NCBI GenBank assembly: GCA_050953065.1
Contig: JBMNLZ010000002.1
Span: 125,906 to 189,905, forward strand
Direction: 5' to 3'
DNA length: 64,000 nucleotides
Source of the DNA: Bacilli bacterium
GTDB taxonomy: Bacteria > Bacillota_I > Bacilli_A > ML615J-28 > CAG-698
The notes under the pieces are model-generated. The model was given only the letters and a program-made list of their open reading frames with translations, did no database searches and was not told where the DNA came from. Below, in pieces: positions 32,711-41,646 of this stretch (the first letter of the stretch is position 1; each line of letters begins with the position of its first letter). The translations under genes were made by a program, and so were the position numbers.

Positions 32711-34501
32711 ATGGAAAAATTAGTCAAATTAACTATTGATGGAAGAAGTGTCGAAGTACCTAGTAATTCTACTGTAATGGAAGCAGCGGATAAACTTGGG
32801 ATTAGTATCCCACGTATCTGTTTCTTAAAAGGAATTAATGAAACATCTGCTTGTAGATTATGTGTAGTAGAAGTTGAAGGTATAAAAGCATTAAAAAGCT
32901 CTTGTACATTACAAGTAGCTGAAGGAATGAAAGTTAAAACTAATACTGAAAGAATTAGAAATGCAGTTAAGTTTAACTTAAAATTATTAGCAGCTAGTCA
33001 TAAATTTGAATGTTGGGTTTGCCCTAGAGAACATAATTGTGAACTATTAAGATTGTTAAGAATTTATGGTATTCCTAATGAAATGGGAGAAGATAATACT
33101 TTCTCTAAAAAGCATATTATTTCAAATATTAATGAAGCAATTGCAATTGATAGTTCTAAGTGCTTACTTTGTGGTAGATGTATTGCTACTTGTGATAAGT
33201 TAGCTGGAACGGGAATTCTAGATTTTAACTATCGTGGCTTTGAAGCTTTTGTTGGACCAGCCTTAAACCATCCTATGGGAGATACTGGATGTATTCTTTG
33301 TGGGAAATGTATTCAAGCATGTCCAGTTGGAGCTATTAAAGAAAAAGATGATGTTGATAGAGTAATGGAAGTATTAAAAGATCCAGAAGTTTATACAATT
33401 GCTCAAATCGCTCCAGCCGTAAGAGCAGGAGTTGGTGAGGAGTTTGGTTATCCAATGGGCACTAATGTTGAAGGTAAAATCTATCATGCCTTACATAAAT
33501 TAGGTTTTGATGATATTACAGATACTAACTTTGCGGCTGACTTAACTATTCTAGAAGAAGGAACAGAATTTATTGGTAGAGTTAAAGACTATTTAGCTGG
33601 TAAAAAAGCTGTTCTACCTATGTTTACTTCATGTTCGCCTGGTTGGATTAATTATCTTGAAACTTATTATCCTGAATTTATTCCAAACCTTTCAACATGT
33701 AAATCGCCTCAACAAATGCAAGGAGCGATAATTAAGAATTACTATGCTAAGAAGATTGGAGTTCCAAAAGAAAAGATTAGAGTAGTTTCAATCATGCCAT
33801 GTATTGCTAAGAAGAAAGAAGCGCTTCGTCCTGAAATGGAAGTAGATGGCGTTAGAGATGTTGATTATGTATTAACATCTAGAGAATTTGCTCGCTTAGT
33901 AAAACGTAATCTAATTGACTTTAATGCTTTAACTGATTTTGTTCCACAAAGTCCACTTGCTAAGTATACTGGTGCTGCAGTAATCTTTGGGGCAACTGGT
34001 GGAGTAATGGAAGCGGCTTTAAGAACTGTTAAAGAAGTTTTAGAAGAAAAAGATATGGGTAAAGTTGATATCACTGCAGTTCGTGGAATGAAGGATATCA
34101 AAGAAGCTACAGTTAAGATTGAATTAAAAGGAGCTAAAGAACCTCTAGAAGTACTTGTTGCTGTAGTTCATGGTGCTGCTAATGTTCCTGAAATGATGGA
34201 AAGAATCAAGAAGGGTAAAAAGCAATATGCCTTTATTGAATTTATGGCATGTACTGGTGGATGTATCAATGGTGGTGGTCAACCAGTAGTTTCAGCTGAA
34301 GTTCAAGATAAAGTAGATGTTAGAGCAGTTCGTGCTAAAGCATTATACAATATGGATAAACGCGCTCAAATTAGAAAGTCTCATGAAAACGAAGCAGTTA
34401 GCACATTGTATAAAGAGTTCTTAGGTGAACCTGGAAGTAATGTATCTCATAAATTACTTCATACACATTATAAAAAACAAGATAAGTTTACTAAAATTTA
34501 A
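32711..34501 (+). CDS. hndD: [FeFe]-hydrogenase catalytic subunit
   Basis: N-terminal [2Fe-2S] and Fe-S domains; H-cluster motifs TSCSPGW (variant), MPCIAKKKE, EFMACTGGCINGGGQP. Confidence 0.85.
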   Translation: MEKLVKLTIDGRSVEVPSNSTVMEAADKLGISIPRICFLKGINETSACRLCVVEVEGIKALKSSCTLQVAEGMKVKTNTERIRNAVKFNLKLLAASHKFECWVCPREHNCELLRLLRIYGIPNEMGEDNTFSKKHIISNINEAIAIDSSKCLLCGRCIATCDKLAGTGILDFNYRGFEAFVGPALNHPMGDTGCILCGKCIQACPVGAIKEKDDVDRVMEVLKDPEVYTIAQIAPAVRAGVGEEFGYPMGTNVEGKIYHALHKLGFDDITDTNFAADLTILEEGTEFIGRVKDYLAGKKAVLPMFTSCSPGWINYLETYYPEFIPNLSTCKSPQQMQGAIIKNYYAKKIGVPKEKIRVVSIMPCIAKKKEALRPEMEVDGVRDVDYVLTSREFARLVKRNLIDFNALTDFVPQSPLAKYTGAAVIFGATGGVMEAALRTVKEVLEEKDMGKVDITAVRGMKDIKEATVKIELKGAKEPLEVLVAVVHGAANVPEMMERIKKGKKQYAFIEFMACTGGCINGGGQPVVSAEVQDKVDVRAVRAKALYNMDKRAQIRKSHENEAVSTLYKEFLGEPGSNVSHKLLHTHYKKQDKFTKI

Positions 34502-34510
34502 ATGAGTTTT

Positions 34511-34543
34511 AAGATTCTAAGGAAAACCTTAGAATCTTTTTTA
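34511..34543 (+). terminator. Rho-independent terminator after the hydrogenase operon
   Basis: Stem AAGATTCTAAGG / CCTTAGAATCTT followed by a T-run. Confidence 0.7.
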
Positions 34544-34619
34544 TAAAATGATATCTATTTGCATAAGAAAGTACAAAATATTTGTACTTATAGGAGCAAA
34601 TAATATCTATAAATAATTA

Positions 34620-34650
34620 AAAGATTCTAAATAAAATTTTAGAATCTTTT
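34620..34650. terminator. Second hairpin (AAGATTCTAAA / TTTAGAATCTT), likely terminator for the convergent minus-strand regulator
   Basis: Inverted repeat read directly; shares the AAGATTCTAA arm with the hairpin at 34511. Confidence 0.45.
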
Positions 34651-34653
34651 AAT

Positions 34654-35283
34654 TTAATCTAATAATTTGATATAGTCTTTTGAATAATCAATTAAGCCTA
34701 AATCTTTTAAAAGGATTAACTCTCTTGATAAAGATGGCCTTGGAATATTTAAAAAAAGTGCTAGTTGTTCTTTTGATTTAATTTTGATTGTTTTTGATTT
34801 GGTCCTTTTACTAGTTTCAGATAAAAAGAATAAGATTTTATCTTTAATACTTTTTTGAGAAAGTATTTTAATTTTTTGTTGGAAAGCAATACTTTTATTG
34901 GACATAATAGATAAATAATTATTTAAGAATGTTTTATCGTTTTGCAAGATGTTTAATAGTTTATCTTTAGTAATCAAAGCAAGTTCAGTTGATTTAAAAG
35001 CACTAACATCTCCTAAAAAGAAAGGATTAGAATGGAAGAGTAAAAACTCTCCAAATAAATCATTTTCGTTTATTGTAATAATATTATATTCTTCTTCAAA
35101 GAATGTATAAGTATTAATTAAAACAGAACCTTTTAAAACTAAAGATAAATATTTACATTCATCTCCTTCATTAAAGATCATATCGTTTTTATTAAAAGTT
35201 TTGATTATAAAGAGATTACTATAGTCTTTTATAACATTTTCAAATAGTGGATGATTTTTCATTGTTTTTCCTTTCTGTAACAA
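34654..35283 (-). CDS. Crp/Fnr-family transcriptional regulator
   Basis: N-terminal cNMP-binding-like region; C-terminal HTH (RPSLSRELILLKDLGLI). Confidence 0.7.
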   Translation of the reverse strand: MLQKGKTMKNHPLFENVIKDYSNLFIIKTFNKNDMIFNEGDECKYLSLVLKGSVLINTYTFFEEEYNIITINENDLFGEFLLFHSNPFFLGDVSAFKSTELALITKDKLLNILQNDKTFLNNYLSIMSNKSIAFQQKIKILSQKSIKDKILFFLSETSKRTKSKTIKIKSKEQLALFLNIPRPSLSRELILLKDLGLIDYSKDYIKLLD

Positions 35284-35332
35284 ATGTTACGGCTATTTAA
35301 TTCTAACATATGTATAATGGTTTTGTAAAGAG

Positions 35333-36289
35333 GTGAAATGTATTATGAAAAAAATTATTGTAAGTTTAATGGTTATTGTCTTAGGGTTTTTCTTAGGCGC
35401 ATGTAGTAAAGAGGAAAAAGTTTATGGAGAGATTGATATCTTAGCACCATTTGGGACTCCTTTAATTGCAGTAGGAGGTTTGCTTGGAAAAGATAATATT
35501 AATATAGAAGCAGTCAATGATCCAAGTTTGTTAACAGCTGCGATGGTAACTAAAGAAAAAGATATTATCATTGCTCCAATTACTGCTGGGACTGCTAGTT
35601 ATATTAAGGGTGGGTCTGTTTATAAAATGGCTGGAATTGTTACTTTGGGGAATACTTATATTGTATCAAGAGAAAGTTCTACTTTAACAAGTGTTAATGA
35701 TTTAGAAGGGAAAACTATTACAGCTTATGGTAGAAATAATACTCCTGATATTGCTTTAAAACTTTTACTTGATAATGCTAATGTTACTGCAACAATTGAT
35801 TATCAAAACAGTGTTGGTGATGTTGTAGCGCTATTTAATGGAACTACTCCACCTGAATATATTTTAGTTGCAGAACCTTTCTTAACGCAGTTAAAGAATA
35901 AAAATACTTTAAATGTTTTAAATGTGGAAAGAGTTTTACAAGAAAAAGATGTTTTAGATAATATCTATCAAGCAGCAATCTTTGTTAATCCAGAAAGCGT
36001 TAAAGAAGATCTTAATCATGCTATTAGTTTAATTGAAGAAAACTTAAATTCTTTAAATAATAATCCAGAAAGTTATGCTGAAAGTGTTGTTGATAAACAT
36101 GCTTATTTTACTAATCTAGGAGTTGCAGTTTTAAAGAAAAGCCTACCTTCTGCAAATTTAGATTTTGTTGGAGCATTTGAAAATAAAACTGCAATTGAAA
36201 ATTACTATAATATTATAAATACCTATAACGATAAGCTATTTAATAATCAATTGCCTAATAGTGATTTTTATTATGAATATAATAAATAA
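35333..36289 (+). CDS. ABC transporter substrate-binding lipoprotein (NMT1/SsuA-like, tentative)
   Basis: Lipobox LGAC; about 300 aa; followed by an overlapping permease. Confidence 0.5.
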   Translation: MKCIMKKIIVSLMVIVLGFFLGACSKEEKVYGEIDILAPFGTPLIAVGGLLGKDNINIEAVNDPSLLTAAMVTKEKDIIIAPITAGTASYIKGGSVYKMAGIVTLGNTYIVSRESSTLTSVNDLEGKTITAYGRNNTPDIALKLLLDNANVTATIDYQNSVGDVVALFNGTTPPEYILVAEPFLTQLKNKNTLNVLNVERVLQEKDVLDNIYQAAIFVNPESVKEDLNHAISLIEENLNSLNNNPESYAESVVDKHAYFTNLGVAVLKKSLPSANLDFVGAFENKTAIENYYNIINTYNDKLFNNQLPNSDFYYEYNK

Positions 36290-37013
36290 AACATTTTATT
36301 TTATTGGAATTTTAATTATCTTTTTAGCTTGGTTTATAGGTAGTATAGTTATTCAAAATGAACTTGCTTTACCAAAGATTTCTTCAACATTTGAAAGTTT
36401 AATTAATCTATTAAAAAACAAAGAAACTTATTTAATAATTCTTAATACAATTTTTAGATTAATTATAACGATTATAATAACTTATTTAATTGCCTTTGTT
36501 TTAGTATTATTATCTAGTATTAGCATAAAAATAGAACAACTAATAAAACCACTTGTAGCGTTAATGAAGACATTGCCAGTGGCTGCGATTATTATAGTAT
36601 TACTAGTTAGTGTTGGAAGAAATAATAGTCCATATTTTATTACAGGTTTAGTTGTTTTACCTTTAATGTATGAAACTACTTTTATTGGAATTAAAAGTAT
36701 CAATAAAGGAATCACTGAAGAGATTAAAATGGATAGTAATGTTAATTGGTTAGTAGTAAGTAAAGTCTTTATTCCAATGACAATGCCATATATTCTAGCA
36801 GGGACAATCCAGTCTTTAGGATTAGGTTTAAAAGTAATGGTCATGAGTGAGTTTATTACTCAACCTAACCTTACAATTGGAGCTAAAATGTCAGAAGAAA
36901 GAGTCTATCAAAATCTAGATAATATCTTTGCTTGGACTATAATTTTGGTTGTGTTTATCTTTTTGGTTGAATACTTTTTAAAGAAAATTAAATTAAATGA
37001 GAATACTTATTAA
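36273..37013 (+). CDS. ABC transporter permease (six predicted TM segments)
   Basis: Hydrophobic ORF; start adjusted to ATG 36273 (MNIINK), overlapping the binding-protein gene by 17 nt. Confidence 0.6.
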   Translation: MNIINKTFYFIGILIIFLAWFIGSIVIQNELALPKISSTFESLINLLKNKETYLIILNTIFRLIITIIITYLIAFVLVLLSSISIKIEQLIKPLVALMKTLPVAAIIIVLLVSVGRNNSPYFITGLVVLPLMYETTFIGIKSINKGITEEIKMDSNVNWLVVSKVFIPMTMPYILAGTIQSLGLGLKVMVMSEFITQPNLTIGAKMSEERVYQNLDNIFAWTIILVVFIFLVEYFLKKIKLNENTY

Positions 37014-37148
37014 TGAAATTTAATTTTAAAAAATCTATAACTTATGTTGTAGATTTTTCTTTATATGTGTGCTAAAATGAAATAGCTTTGAAAAGCGATT
37101 TAAGGTGAAATTTAGGGCCTTAGAAAGAGAAATTAGAGGTGTTTAACG

Positions 37149-38906
37149 ATGAAAATATCTAAAACTATGTTTAAAGAATTTAGTAGATGTAATAGAGTGT
37201 ATCACTTAGATGAATTATACAAAAAACAAGGTTTTTCATCTAAATTTGATTTAGATAATGAAGAGATTTTAGAAATTCTTAATTTAATGTTTGATAGTGA
37301 AGGTGAAGACTTAATCGCTGATAATGCTAAAGTTGAAGCAATGATGGAATATTATAATGAAGTTGAAGTTTTAGCTATGGAAATGGCTAAGGAAAAGTTT
37401 AATTTAAATATTTTATATGGTGATACTTTTAAAAGCCAAGCTAAATGTTTTTTTGTAGATGAGGCTAATCATGAGTTTTATAGTTATCTAGATGGATTTT
37501 CTATAGAAAAAGATACTGTTTATGCTTTTGAAGTAAAAGCTACAACTAGTAAAAAATTTAGAGAAGAATTTAAAACTAAAGATAGCGGGAAAGAGTCTTT
37601 ATTTATTTATAATCATTTAGATGTTTTAGTTTTTAATCCTAATTTTATTCAAACTAAACATGTTGAAAAACTATTTAATAAATTAGGTGATATTGGTATG
37701 TATATTTATGACTGTGCCATAACTTATTATTATTTAAAAAATGATTTAAAATATAAAGATAAAAAGGTTAAATTTTATTTAGCAGTTTTAAATAGTGATT
37801 ATGTATATGATGGAAGTTTAATAAATAAAGAAAATAAAGACTTTAAAAAGGTCATTGACTATATCGACATAACAAGTATTTTAGAAGAATACTATCCAAC
37901 AATTTTTAAAGAAAAAGAATTGTTAGTTAACAATTTAAAATTAAAAGAAATTCCCAAATTAGTTTATGGAAAGAAGTGTGGTTTTAAAGGACAAGAATGT
38001 AAGTTTTTCCCTGTTTGTTGGGAGAAGTTAAAAGGTAGGGGAAGTATTCTAGAATACTTCAGGGTTACAGCTTCTAGCAAAATAGATTTATATGAAAAAT
38101 TAAATAATGAAGAAACGAGTCTATTAGATGTAGAAGATATCAATCTAACACCTAATCAATTAATTCAAAAAGAAGTCTTTATAAGTGGCAGTGTTCATAT
38201 GAACAAAGAAAAAATTTCTAAAGCAATTAGCCTAATTAAGCATCCGATTTATTATTTAGATTTTGAAACATTTGCTTCTCCATTACCTAGATTTATTGGC
38301 GAAAAACCATATGCTCAATCTTTATTTCAATATTCACTTCATGTAGAAAAAACTCCTTTTAAATGTGATTTTGATAAAGACCATTATGAATATTTAGTAA
38401 AAGATGCTAAAGACTACCGAAGAGAATTAATTGAAAAGCTAATTAAAGATATTGATTTAAAAAAAGGTGGAAGCGTGATAGTTTATAATGCATCGTTTGA
38501 GTCTACAAGATTAAAAGAAATGGCTTTGATTTTTCCAGAATATGAAAAAGAAATAAATAAGATAAGAGATAGTTTGTTTGATCTTCAAAATCTATTGAAA
38601 GCTAAATCATCTTTATATGAAGCACTAGGTTATGATGAAGAAGAAGCAAAAATTAATCCGTATTATCATAATGATTTAGCAGGAAGTTATTCAATTAAAA
38701 AAGTTTTACCGATTTTTTCTAATCTTACTTATTCTTCTTTAGATATTAAAAATGGAGGAGAAGCTATCATTGCTTATGCAATGCTTGCTAGGTTAGAAAA
38801 AGAAGACAGAGAAATTTTAAGAAGCAATTTAATTAAATATTGTAAGCAAGATACTTGGGCAATGGTTCTAATCTTACATAATATTATAAAGGAAATAAGA
38901 AGATGA
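37149..38906 (+). CDS. Hypothetical two-domain protein, DUF2779-like: N-terminal PD-(D/E)XK-like region plus C-terminal DEDD/RNase-H-like region (predicted nuclease)
   Basis: Motifs DGF...YAFEVKAT (D...E.K) N-terminally; YYLDFETFASP (exonuclease motif I-like) C-terminally; the DUF2779 name is from memory. Confidence 0.4.
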   Translation: MKISKTMFKEFSRCNRVYHLDELYKKQGFSSKFDLDNEEILEILNLMFDSEGEDLIADNAKVEAMMEYYNEVEVLAMEMAKEKFNLNILYGDTFKSQAKCFFVDEANHEFYSYLDGFSIEKDTVYAFEVKATTSKKFREEFKTKDSGKESLFIYNHLDVLVFNPNFIQTKHVEKLFNKLGDIGMYIYDCAITYYYLKNDLKYKDKKVKFYLAVLNSDYVYDGSLINKENKDFKKVIDYIDITSILEEYYPTIFKEKELLVNNLKLKEIPKLVYGKKCGFKGQECKFFPVCWEKLKGRGSILEYFRVTASSKIDLYEKLNNEETSLLDVEDINLTPNQLIQKEVFISGSVHMNKEKISKAISLIKHPIYYLDFETFASPLPRFIGEKPYAQSLFQYSLHVEKTPFKCDFDKDHYEYLVKDAKDYRRELIEKLIKDIDLKKGGSVIVYNASFESTRLKEMALIFPEYEKEINKIRDSLFDLQNLLKAKSSLYEALGYDEEEAKINPYYHNDLAGSYSIKKVLPIFSNLTYSSLDIKNGGEAIIAYAMLARLEKEDREILRSNLIKYCKQDTWAMVLILHNIIKEIRR

Positions 38907-39613
38907 GATTAGATAAGTTTTTATCTTTTAATAGATATGGTTCTAGAAGACATGTTAAGAAGTTGATTAGAGAAGGTGTAGTTAGTGTCAATGATAAAAT
39001 AATTAGAAATGATGATTTTATTATTGATGAGGAAAATGATGTAGTAAGAGTTTTTGAAGAAGAAGTAATTTACCAAAAAGATATCTATATTATGTTAAAC
39101 AAGCCTCAAGGAGTAATTTGTGCAACTATTGATGAGTTTAAAAAAACTGTTATAGATTTATTAGAAAATGTTAGAAAAGAAGGATTAATAATTTTAGGTA
39201 GGCTTGACAAAGATACTGAAGGATTATTAATTATTACTAATAATAAGAGCTTGCAACACGAATTACTTTCTCCTAAGCATCATGTTGCTAAAAAGTATTA
39301 TGTAGAGTTTAGTGGAACTTGGCAAGATGATTATATAAATCTTTTTAAAGAAGGGATCATAATAAGAGAAAGTAGGGGAGAATATAAAACAAAAGCATCT
39401 TTAATTGAAAAACTAGATGATAATAAAGCATATCTTACTTTATATGAAGGTAGATACCATCAAGTAAAAAAGATGTTTATTGCACTTGGTTTAAAAGTTA
39501 CTTATTTAAAAAGAGTAGAGTTTAACAATTTAAAATTAGATGAAACATTAGCTTTAGGTGAATATAGAAATTTAACAAAAGAAGAAATTGAAATATTAAA
39601 AAAAGTACTTTAA
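38903..39613 (+). CDS. rsuA: 16S rRNA pseudouridine synthase (RsuA family) with S4 domain
   Basis: S4-like N-terminus (LDKFLS...GSRR); catalytic motif ILGRLDKDTEGLLIITN; 4-nt overlap with upstream gene. Confidence 0.8.
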   Translation: MRLDKFLSFNRYGSRRHVKKLIREGVVSVNDKIIRNDDFIIDEENDVVRVFEEEVIYQKDIYIMLNKPQGVICATIDEFKKTVIDLLENVRKEGLIILGRLDKDTEGLLIITNNKSLQHELLSPKHHVAKKYYVEFSGTWQDDYINLFKEGIIIRESRGEYKTKASLIEKLDDNKAYLTLYEGRYHQVKKMFIALGLKVTYLKRVEFNNLKLDETLALGEYRNLTKEEIEILKKVL

Positions 39614-39636
39614 AAGATATTTTAAAGTACTTTTAT
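39603..39636. terminator. Bidirectional terminator between rsuA and the convergent lipoprotein gene
   Basis: Near-perfect palindrome AAGTACTTTAAAA / TTTTAAAGTACTT. Confidence 0.6.
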
Positions 39637-39639
39637 TTA

Positions 39640-41478
39640 TTATTCTATAACATAAATTATCTTACTCCAAACAACACTAAATGTTGTAAGACTATATTCG
39701 ATATAAACATCACTTACATTTGGATCATTACAAATAATGAAAGTTCCATTATCAGTAATTTTGTATCCTCTAACAACTAGTAAGTGTCCTGGTACATCAT
39801 AATTAGCTTCTACCATATTACCTCTTACAGTGGTTGAGATTGGACCAACTGTTTCTAAGTGGTGGAAAAGTTCTTCAAATGAATAAAGTCTTTTAACATA
39901 ACTTATCTCTCCAAAGGAAGACATTGTTACACAGTTATATACCCAGTTACCATAAATTTGATGTCCGTAGTCTCTTGAAAGCCCTGCAATGTATCTGTGT
40001 TCATATGTGTCCATATGAGCAAAACTATAACCTTTATATTTTAGAAGCATTGTAGCGCTTGTTGGGCTACAAATACTATTACCAATTGTTGGAACAATTT
40101 TTTGATTTAGTTTTGGAACCTCATAATCTTTAAAGCCGCTGATAATACTTTCGTCTACTTCAAAGGTATAATCTGGAATTTTTAAAGCAGCAGTAACAAA
40201 ACTTGCAACAGGGAAAGGATCAGATAAAAAGTTTCTTTTTAAAATCAGTTTATATTGGAAAGCATTAGCTGTTTTATCGTTTTGAACTTTTATTTCATCA
40301 ACTGCCATTTTAGCGATTGGTTTGTCTTGGTCAGTATAAGCATTTTGAAGATGTAATCCCCATGCTCCGTATGTTAAGTATTCACTCCAAACATCATCAA
40401 CTCTAACTCTAATTTGAAGTTCACAAGTTCCTTTGTTTTCATTCTCATCAGATGTAAGTGCTCCCCAAGAACCAATTAATTCTGAAAAGTTTAGAGTTTG
40501 GATTACTTTAGAAGTATAAGTCCCAGTTAGTGCATTGTCATCTAAAATTAATTTTTCATTGAATAATTTAACATTGTCAAATGTTCCATTGAAGTTTTCA
40601 GCAAGTCCTTTATATAAATGTCCGTTGAATTGTTCGATACCATCGGGTAGTTTTGAAATGTTTAAATTAAAAGTATGTGTCATTGTTAAATCTCCTTGAG
40701 TTTTTAGAGTTACTGTTAGATTAACTATCTTTTCTTCATCTTGCATAAAGACATAGCCTTTATTTGATAAAATCTCTTCATTGCTTGACTGCCAAGTAGC
40801 AGTTACATTATATAAAAAATTAGTTGGAAGTAAAACTGAAGAATTTAGTGTCTCAGGAAAAGAGATACTGTTTAAGGCAATTTCTAATTTTTTATCATCA
40901 TCTGGTGGTAAGACATCGATTGTAAAAGATTTAGTAATAGTAGCATTTGAAAATCTTAAAGTAGCCATTAAAGTAACTGTAGTTGGTTTTAAAACAACGC
41001 CAACAATTCCATCTTTGTTTAAAACGCCACTTGCAGTAGAAGTCCAAGTGATTCTAGCAAAGCCAATTGTTGTTGGCAGGTTTAAATTTTCGCTAGTTTC
41101 TGTTGGTAGAGCAAGTTCAAGTGCTAGTGTTTCTAAGTCGTTGTGATAATCAGGAGTATATAAGAAAACATCAAATGTTTTAGTAACGGTCTTACTCTTA
41201 TAAGATAGTGTTAAAGTGAGTGCAACTAATTGATCTTCTTCAAATGGATAAATTACTCCAGTATTATCAATTACAGTGGGGATGTTTGATTCCCAAGTAG
41301 CAGTAACGCCTTCTTCAAAAACTGTAGGTAGGGTAATGTTTTCTTTAATATCAACAATTTCTTCAGGGATTGAAACTGAGTTTATTATTTTGGTTAAATC
41401 TATTTTTTTCTTACACCCTGTTAAAAATAATAAACTAAAACCAAACAAAATTAAAAATATTTTTTTCAAAATAATCAC
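39640..41478 (-). CDS. Surface lipoprotein with Ig-like repeats and a C-terminal papain-like cysteine peptidase (C39-like) domain
   Basis: Lipobox LTGC; repeated modules (TATWQSSNEEILSNKGYV); C-terminal NSICSPTSATMLL with later His. Confidence 0.6.
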   Translation of the reverse strand: MIILKKIFLILFGFSLLFLTGCKKKIDLTKIINSVSIPEEIVDIKENITLPTVFEEGVTATWESNIPTVIDNTGVIYPFEEDQLVALTLTLSYKSKTVTKTFDVFLYTPDYHNDLETLALELALPTETSENLNLPTTIGFARITWTSTASGVLNKDGIVGVVLKPTTVTLMATLRFSNATITKSFTIDVLPPDDDKKLEIALNSISFPETLNSSVLLPTNFLYNVTATWQSSNEEILSNKGYVFMQDEEKIVNLTVTLKTQGDLTMTHTFNLNISKLPDGIEQFNGHLYKGLAENFNGTFDNVKLFNEKLILDDNALTGTYTSKVIQTLNFSELIGSWGALTSDENENKGTCELQIRVRVDDVWSEYLTYGAWGLHLQNAYTDQDKPIAKMAVDEIKVQNDKTANAFQYKLILKRNFLSDPFPVASFVTAALKIPDYTFEVDESIISGFKDYEVPKLNQKIVPTIGNSICSPTSATMLLKYKGYSFAHMDTYEHRYIAGLSRDYGHQIYGNWVYNCVTMSSFGEISYVKRLYSFEELFHHLETVGPISTTVRGNMVEANYDVPGHLLVVRGYKITDNGTFIICNDPNVSDVYIEYSLTTFSVVWSKIIYVIE

Positions 41479-41646
41479 CTCTTTTTTAATGATTATATCA
41501 TTATTTAATTAAATATAAAAGTTAATTATAGAAACTTTTATTTTATAAATTTGCTAGTTTTAAAGAAAAATGATAATTTTATTAAAAGCTTTAAAAAAGA
41601 TAAAAAAAGGGTTTAAAACGTTTTCTTTTTGTGGTATAATGCTTTT

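Noticed and set aside
41629-41646. Track start (TTG at 41629) for the SGNH hydrolase
   Set aside because: It falls inside a TGnTATAAT promoter box; the first ATG at 41647 is the more plausible start.
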